The notes under the pieces are model-generated. The model was given only the letters and a program-made list of their open reading frames with translations. It was not told where the DNA came from and did not search any database. From Bacteroidales bacterium (GTDB lineage Bacteria > Bacteroidota > Bacteroidia > Bacteroidales > UBA12077), in the NCBI GenBank assembly GCA_028282585.1, contig JANQHR010000102.1, forward strand, positions 1 through 64,000: DNA of 64,000 bases, in the 5' to 3' direction. Positions 59,692 to 64,000 of this stretch are shown piece after piece. The first letter of the stretch is position 1, and every line of letters starts with the position of its first letter. A program made the translations under genes and the position numbers.

Positions 59692-59890
59692 AGATAAAAA
59701 TTTTAGGTTCATAAATAGTTAATATATATAAATATTCTTCAGCGCTAATGTATAAAAAAAATAGAATAAACAAAAAAAACTGGCATTAATAAACTTAACT
59801 TTTTTTAACAATAATCAACATTTTACAACACTTTTTATTAAAATTCAATAAATTTTCTGCATTATATTTTATCGTTTTAAGATAAAAGAA

Positions 59891-59923
59891 TAATGCCCGA
59901 AATATAAGTTGTTTCGGGCATTA
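59891..59923 (-). terminator. Strong hairpin downstream of ftcD, probable terminator
   Basis: TAATGCCCGAAA-N9-TTTCGGGCATTA. Confidence 0.75.
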
Positions 59924-59977
59924 CATGAAATTAATGTTAAGAAAATCTTATGAGAGATATTTCTTTGTTATTTATTA

Positions 59978-61663
59978 TTATAGTTTGCTTTCCACAATTT
60001 TCAATATCTCTTCCTCTAATTTTTCTGTTTTTTGGTCAATTTCTTGCGCTTTTTTACTAACGGTTTGCACAAATACTTTATCTTCAAGGTCAGCTGAATT
60101 TATTTTTACATTTAAAAATGCCCCCTTAACACAAGAACGAATTGCTAATGCTCCGACACCAGCATCAGAAACTGAATTTGGATTTCCAATTTCCGCCATA
60201 GCCTTGATTAATTCTAATGCTTTGTATGATACTTCCATTACTTTAAATGGAACCAATATTGCATTTTTAGTAGCATCTTGAATTGCCTGTTTTCTTTCAG
60301 CTTTTTCCTTATCAGTTTTTTTTGGTAAACCAAATGTATCCATAATTTTATTAAATGCATCAGTATCTTCATCAACAAGTCGAACCAATTCCGATTGATA
60401 TTGCATACCTTTATCTGCCCAATCAGAAAACTCTTCCCATCGATCGTCCCAACCGCGTTTATGTGATGAAAGATTTGCAACCATTGTGCCTAAAGCTACT
60501 CCCATTGCGCCCATATAAGCCGAAACGGATCCACCACCTGGAGCAGGTGACTCTGAAGCTGTCTCATCGGTAAATTCGGTCAAAGTCATATCAACCAGCT
60601 TTTTCTTCTTTTCATCTGCTGCTAATTTGTACTCAATGATTTTCTCTTCTGGTTTAAATTCATATAAATCATCAAGCCCCATCGATTTAACAGCAATTTT
60701 TATAATCTCTTTTTCAGGTATTCCAACTGAACGGTTTTGTTTTTTTAAAAAATACTTACCTGCATCAAGCATTGCTTGTAAAGGAATTAAACCAACTAAT
60801 TCAGAACCACTAACTCTTACTCCTCTTTCCAATGCTTTTTTAAATACCTCATCAAACGCCACATGAACAGGAGTAACACTTATGTTAGTTAGGTTCATTG
60901 ATATTTGAGCAATACCATACTCATCGATAAACCATCCTATTGCTTTAACGCTTTTTAGTGAACCTGGTTCCCATACCTTATTTCCATTTTCATCTAAAAT
61001 AGGTTTTCCTGTTAACGAATCGCCTTCACGCTTAACTCTTCCCTTTTCACGAACATCAAAAGCAATTGCATTTGCACGGCGAGTTGAGGTTGTGTTTAGA
61101 TTAACATTATAAGCTACCAGAAAATCACGCGCACCTACCGCTGTTACACCAGATTTTGCATTAAATTCTGCTGGTCCGAAATCTGGTTTCCATTCCGGTT
61201 TTGCTAATTTTTCCTGTAAACCTTCGTATTCACCTGCACGGCATACCGCAAGGTTTCTTCTTTTTTCTATTAATGCTGCATTTTCATAACAATATATGGG
61301 TATATTCAATTCCTCACCAATTCTTTTAGCTAATTTATGTGCGTACTTAACAGTTTCTTCCATAGTAATATTAGCAACAGGAACCAATGGGCACACATCC
61401 GTTGCCCCAAATCTTGGATGAGCTCCCTTATGATTTCTCATATCAATCAATTCAGATGCTTTTTTTACAGCAAGAAAAGCTGCTTCACAGACTTCTTCAG
61501 GGCTACCAACCATTGTAACAACTGTTCTATTTGTTGCCTGGCCAGGATCTACATCTAATAAGCTTACACCTTCAACTGCTTCTATTTCATTCGTAATTTG
61601 TTTAATAATATCCATATTGTTCCCTTCGCTAAAGTTAGGAACACATTCTATTAACTGTTTCAT
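59978..61663 (-). CDS. ftcD: Bifunctional glutamate formimidoyltransferase/formimidoyltetrahydrofolate cyclodeaminase
   Basis: ECVPNFSEG, HPRFGATDVCP, QISMNL, SELVGL; cyclodeaminase SPAPGGGS, GNPNSVSDAGV. Confidence 0.95.
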   Translation of the reverse strand: MKQLIECVPNFSEGNNMDIIKQITNEIEAVEGVSLLDVDPGQATNRTVVTMVGSPEEVCEAAFLAVKKASELIDMRNHKGAHPRFGATDVCPLVPVANITMEETVKYAHKLAKRIGEELNIPIYCYENAALIEKRRNLAVCRAGEYEGLQEKLAKPEWKPDFGPAEFNAKSGVTAVGARDFLVAYNVNLNTTSTRRANAIAFDVREKGRVKREGDSLTGKPILDENGNKVWEPGSLKSVKAIGWFIDEYGIAQISMNLTNISVTPVHVAFDEVFKKALERGVRVSGSELVGLIPLQAMLDAGKYFLKKQNRSVGIPEKEIIKIAVKSMGLDDLYEFKPEEKIIEYKLAADEKKKKLVDMTLTEFTDETASESPAPGGGSVSAYMGAMGVALGTMVANLSSHKRGWDDRWEEFSDWADKGMQYQSELVRLVDEDTDAFNKIMDTFGLPKKTDKEKAERKQAIQDATKNAILVPFKVMEVSYKALELIKAMAEIGNPNSVSDAGVGALAIRSCVKGAFLNVKINSADLEDKVFVQTVSKKAQEIDQKTEKLEEEILKIVESKL

Positions 61664-61735
61664 TGTAATATATAGTTTTAAAATTTGACTTTAGGACGTA
61701 AATTTTGATTTTTATACATTATAATATAATATACA

Positions 61736-62995
61736 CTAAATCAATTTACCATTTAATATAACCTGATCAATCAAATTACTTGTATATGCATAAGGCATAA
61801 AGTCGTAAGTTGAAATTTCTTTAGTAATAAACATATTTGCAACTTTTCCCGCTGCAATACTACCATGCGTTTCTTGAATTCCCATTGCATAAGCCCCATT
61901 TATAGTTGAAGCATTAATTACTTCTTCAGGTAACATCTTTAGTTTGATAGTTCCTAAAGACATAATAAATTTCATATTTCCAGATGGGGAAGACCCTGGG
62001 TTATAATCTGAAGCAAGTGCAATTGGCAGCCCTGCATCAATCATTTTACGTACCGGAGGGTCAATCATACCTAAAAAGAATGCTGCTCCGGGTAAAAGAG
62101 TTGGCATAGTTTCGGATTCTAAAAGTGCTCTTATTTCATCCTCACCTGTAAATTCCAGATGGTCAACGGAAAGAGCATTGTATTTAACACCAACCTGAAT
62201 ACCCCCTGAATAATCTAGTTCGTTGGCATGAATCTTTGGTCGCATTCCATACTTTAATCCAGCCATTAATATCCTATCTGTTTGTTCAACTGTAAAAAAC
62301 CCTTTATCGCAAAATACATCTATATAATCTGCTAATTCCTGTGCAGCAACTTGAGGAATCATTTCATTAATTACTAAATCAACATATTTATCTTGTTTTC
62401 CTTTATATTCGGCTGGAACTGCATGAGCTCCCAAAAATGTAGATTTTATAGCAATAGGTGTAGTTTCCTTTAATCGCTTTATTACTCGAAGCATTTTTAA
62501 CTCATCTTCGACTGTTAAACCATATCCACTTTTTATTTCTACCGCTCCTGTTCCAAATCCAATAATTTCATTAATTCGTTGTAAAGCTTGTTCGTACAAT
62601 GAATCCTCTGATGTATTATGAAGTAATTTTGCAGAATTCAAAATACCACCACCTCTTTTTGCAATTTCTTCATAAGATAATCCGCGGATCTTATCACCAT
62701 ATTCTATCTCACGGCTACCGGCATAAACTAAATGAGTATGCGAATCACAGAATGATGGAAATACCATTTTCCCGGTTGCATCGATTTCTTCTCCCTGAAA
62801 AACATTTAAATTTAAATTGCTCATTTTACCAAAATCAGCAATTTTATTTTCCTTTATTATTAAATACGCATCTTCAATTGTATTTAAACTCTGCATATCA
62901 ATACCCGCAACCCATTTTACAGGATTTTCTTCAACGTTTATAAGGCTTTTAATATTTTTAATTAACAAATTCATAAGCATTTTATTACTTTCCAT
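61736..62995 (-). CDS. hutI: Imidazolonepropionase
   Basis: DSHTHLV, GGGILNS, EIKSGYGL, FLGAH, KIHANE, SDYNPGSSP. Confidence 0.96.
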   Translation of the reverse strand: MESNKMLMNLLIKNIKSLINVEENPVKWVAGIDMQSLNTIEDAYLIIKENKIADFGKMSNLNLNVFQGEEIDATGKMVFPSFCDSHTHLVYAGSREIEYGDKIRGLSYEEIAKRGGGILNSAKLLHNTSEDSLYEQALQRINEIIGFGTGAVEIKSGYGLTVEDELKMLRVIKRLKETTPIAIKSTFLGAHAVPAEYKGKQDKYVDLVINEMIPQVAAQELADYIDVFCDKGFFTVEQTDRILMAGLKYGMRPKIHANELDYSGGIQVGVKYNALSVDHLEFTGEDEIRALLESETMPTLLPGAAFFLGMIDPPVRKMIDAGLPIALASDYNPGSSPSGNMKFIMSLGTIKLKMLPEEVINASTINGAYAMGIQETHGSIAAGKVANMFITKEISTYDFMPYAYTSNLIDQVILNGKLI

Positions 62996-63086
62996 TAAGG
63001 GTACGAAAATACAAAATTGTATTGATATATATAATAAATTTCGTGTTCTATAACTTATGTTCTATTTTTAACCTAAATATATTAAA

Positions 63087-64000
63087 ATGAAAAAGAAAAG
63101 GGCTATTCCGCACACCTATGTTATCGTATTTTTTATAATTATATTTTCGGCTATTCTTACCTGGTTTGTTCCCGGTGGAGAATTTAACAGGGAGACTTTT
63201 ACTTTACCTGATGGTACAACTCAAGAGATTATTGTAAAAGATTCTTTCCATTATACAGATAATGTACCTCAAACCTGGGAATTGTTTTCTGCATTTTTTA
63301 AAGGTTTTGTGAAACAATCTAATATCATAGTATTTATATTATTGATTGGAGGGGCTTTTTGGATTATGAATGATAGTAAAGCCATTGATGTTGGTATTTT
63401 TTCTTTTCTAAAAAAGACTAAAAAAATAGAGCACATTAAATTATTTAGGTTTCTGGGAATTGAGAACATTATAATTACTTTAATCATGATTATGTTCTCA
63501 ATTTTTGGTGCGGTATTTGGAATGAGTGAAGAAACTATAGCATTTGTTATCATTTTTGTTCCGTTGGCATTATCAATGGGTTATGATTCAATTGTAGGTG
63601 TTAACTTATGCTTTGTTGCAGCTGCTTTAGGGTTTGCTGGTGCACTGTTGAATCCCTTTACAATTGGTATTGCCCAGGGGCTTTCCGGAATTCCGTTATT
63701 TACAGGAATAGAATACAGGTTTTTTATTTGGATTGTTTTGAATTTAGTTGGTATCATATACGTTTTAAGATATGCTAAAAAAATAAAGAAAAATCCAAAA
63801 TCATCATTAGTATATGAAGATGACAATAAAAACTGGAGAAGTAAGGAGCATATTGATGCAGAGAATTTAAAGTATTACACTCCTTTTTCAGCTTGGATTG
63901 TTTATGGGTTTATTTCTGTTGTATTGGTTGTTTTTTCATTTATATATAATCAAACAACATTATCTATTGGAAATTCTTCAACAACAATGCCAATTATTCC
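63087..64000 (+). CDS. YfcC-family (DcuC/ArcD-like basic amino acid antiporter) membrane transporter, runs off the window end
   Basis: Hand translation MKKKRAIPHTYVIVFFIIIFSAILTWFVPGGEF...; later GAVFGMSEETIAF, GYDSIVG, NPFTIGIAQG motifs; absent from ORF track because no stop lies in the window. Confidence 0.9.
   Translation, partial: MKKKRAIPHTYVIVFFIIIFSAILTWFVPGGEFNRETFTLPDGTTQEIIVKDSFHYTDNVPQTWELFSAFFKGFVKQSNIIVFILLIGGAFWIMNDSKAIDVGIFSFLKKTKKIEHIKLFRFLGIENIIITLIMIMFSIFGAVFGMSEETIAFVIIFVPLALSMGYDSIVGVNLCFVAAALGFAGALLNPFTIGIAQGLSGIPLFTGIEYRFFIWIVLNLVGIIYVLRYAKKIKKNPKSSLVYEDDNKNWRSKEHIDAENLKYYTPFSAWIVYGFISVVLVVFSFIYNQTTLSIGNSSTTMPII

Noticed and set aside
671-63826. Numerous short antisense or alternate-frame ORFs in the track (e.g. 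2767, 9423, 20428, 30527, 39915, 43459, 59426, 59925, 63269, 63581)
   Set aside because: They overlap well-supported genes and show no independent motifs; treated as shadows

Overview
AT-rich chromosomal segment of a Bacteroidota bacterium, probably Bacteroidales/Marinilabiliales-like. The assignment rests on SusC/SusD pairs, TAnnTTTG -7 promoter boxes and the nusB-DUF1573-yajC-ybbR-coaE gene order. The window holds a two-component signalling cluster (0.4-10.8 kb) and a winged-helix regulator/TPR/TonB-receptor module with a duplicated operator (12-16 kb). Housekeeping genes include purC, phoH, mazG, coaE, yajC, nusB, feoAB, ftsK, lolA and cysCDN, plus amino-acid catabolism genes (arcC, ornithine carbamoyltransferase, hutI, ftcD, a partial YfcC transporter) and two SusC/SusD pairs. 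I saw no rRNA, tRNA or CRISPR array. The most unusual signals are intergenic and absent from the ORF track: (1) a 259-bp element with GTCATTGCGA/TCGCAATGAC inverted termini enclosing an internally deleted GIY-YIG nuclease gene; (2) several other families of palindromic REP-like elements; (3) a decayed cysN copy next to a susC fragment between the two susCD pairs; (4) an IS110 remnant with a structured upstream region; (5) an accessory EEP-nuclease plus TM/PLD-like gene pair. All family calls come from motif recognition by eye; no database searches were run.
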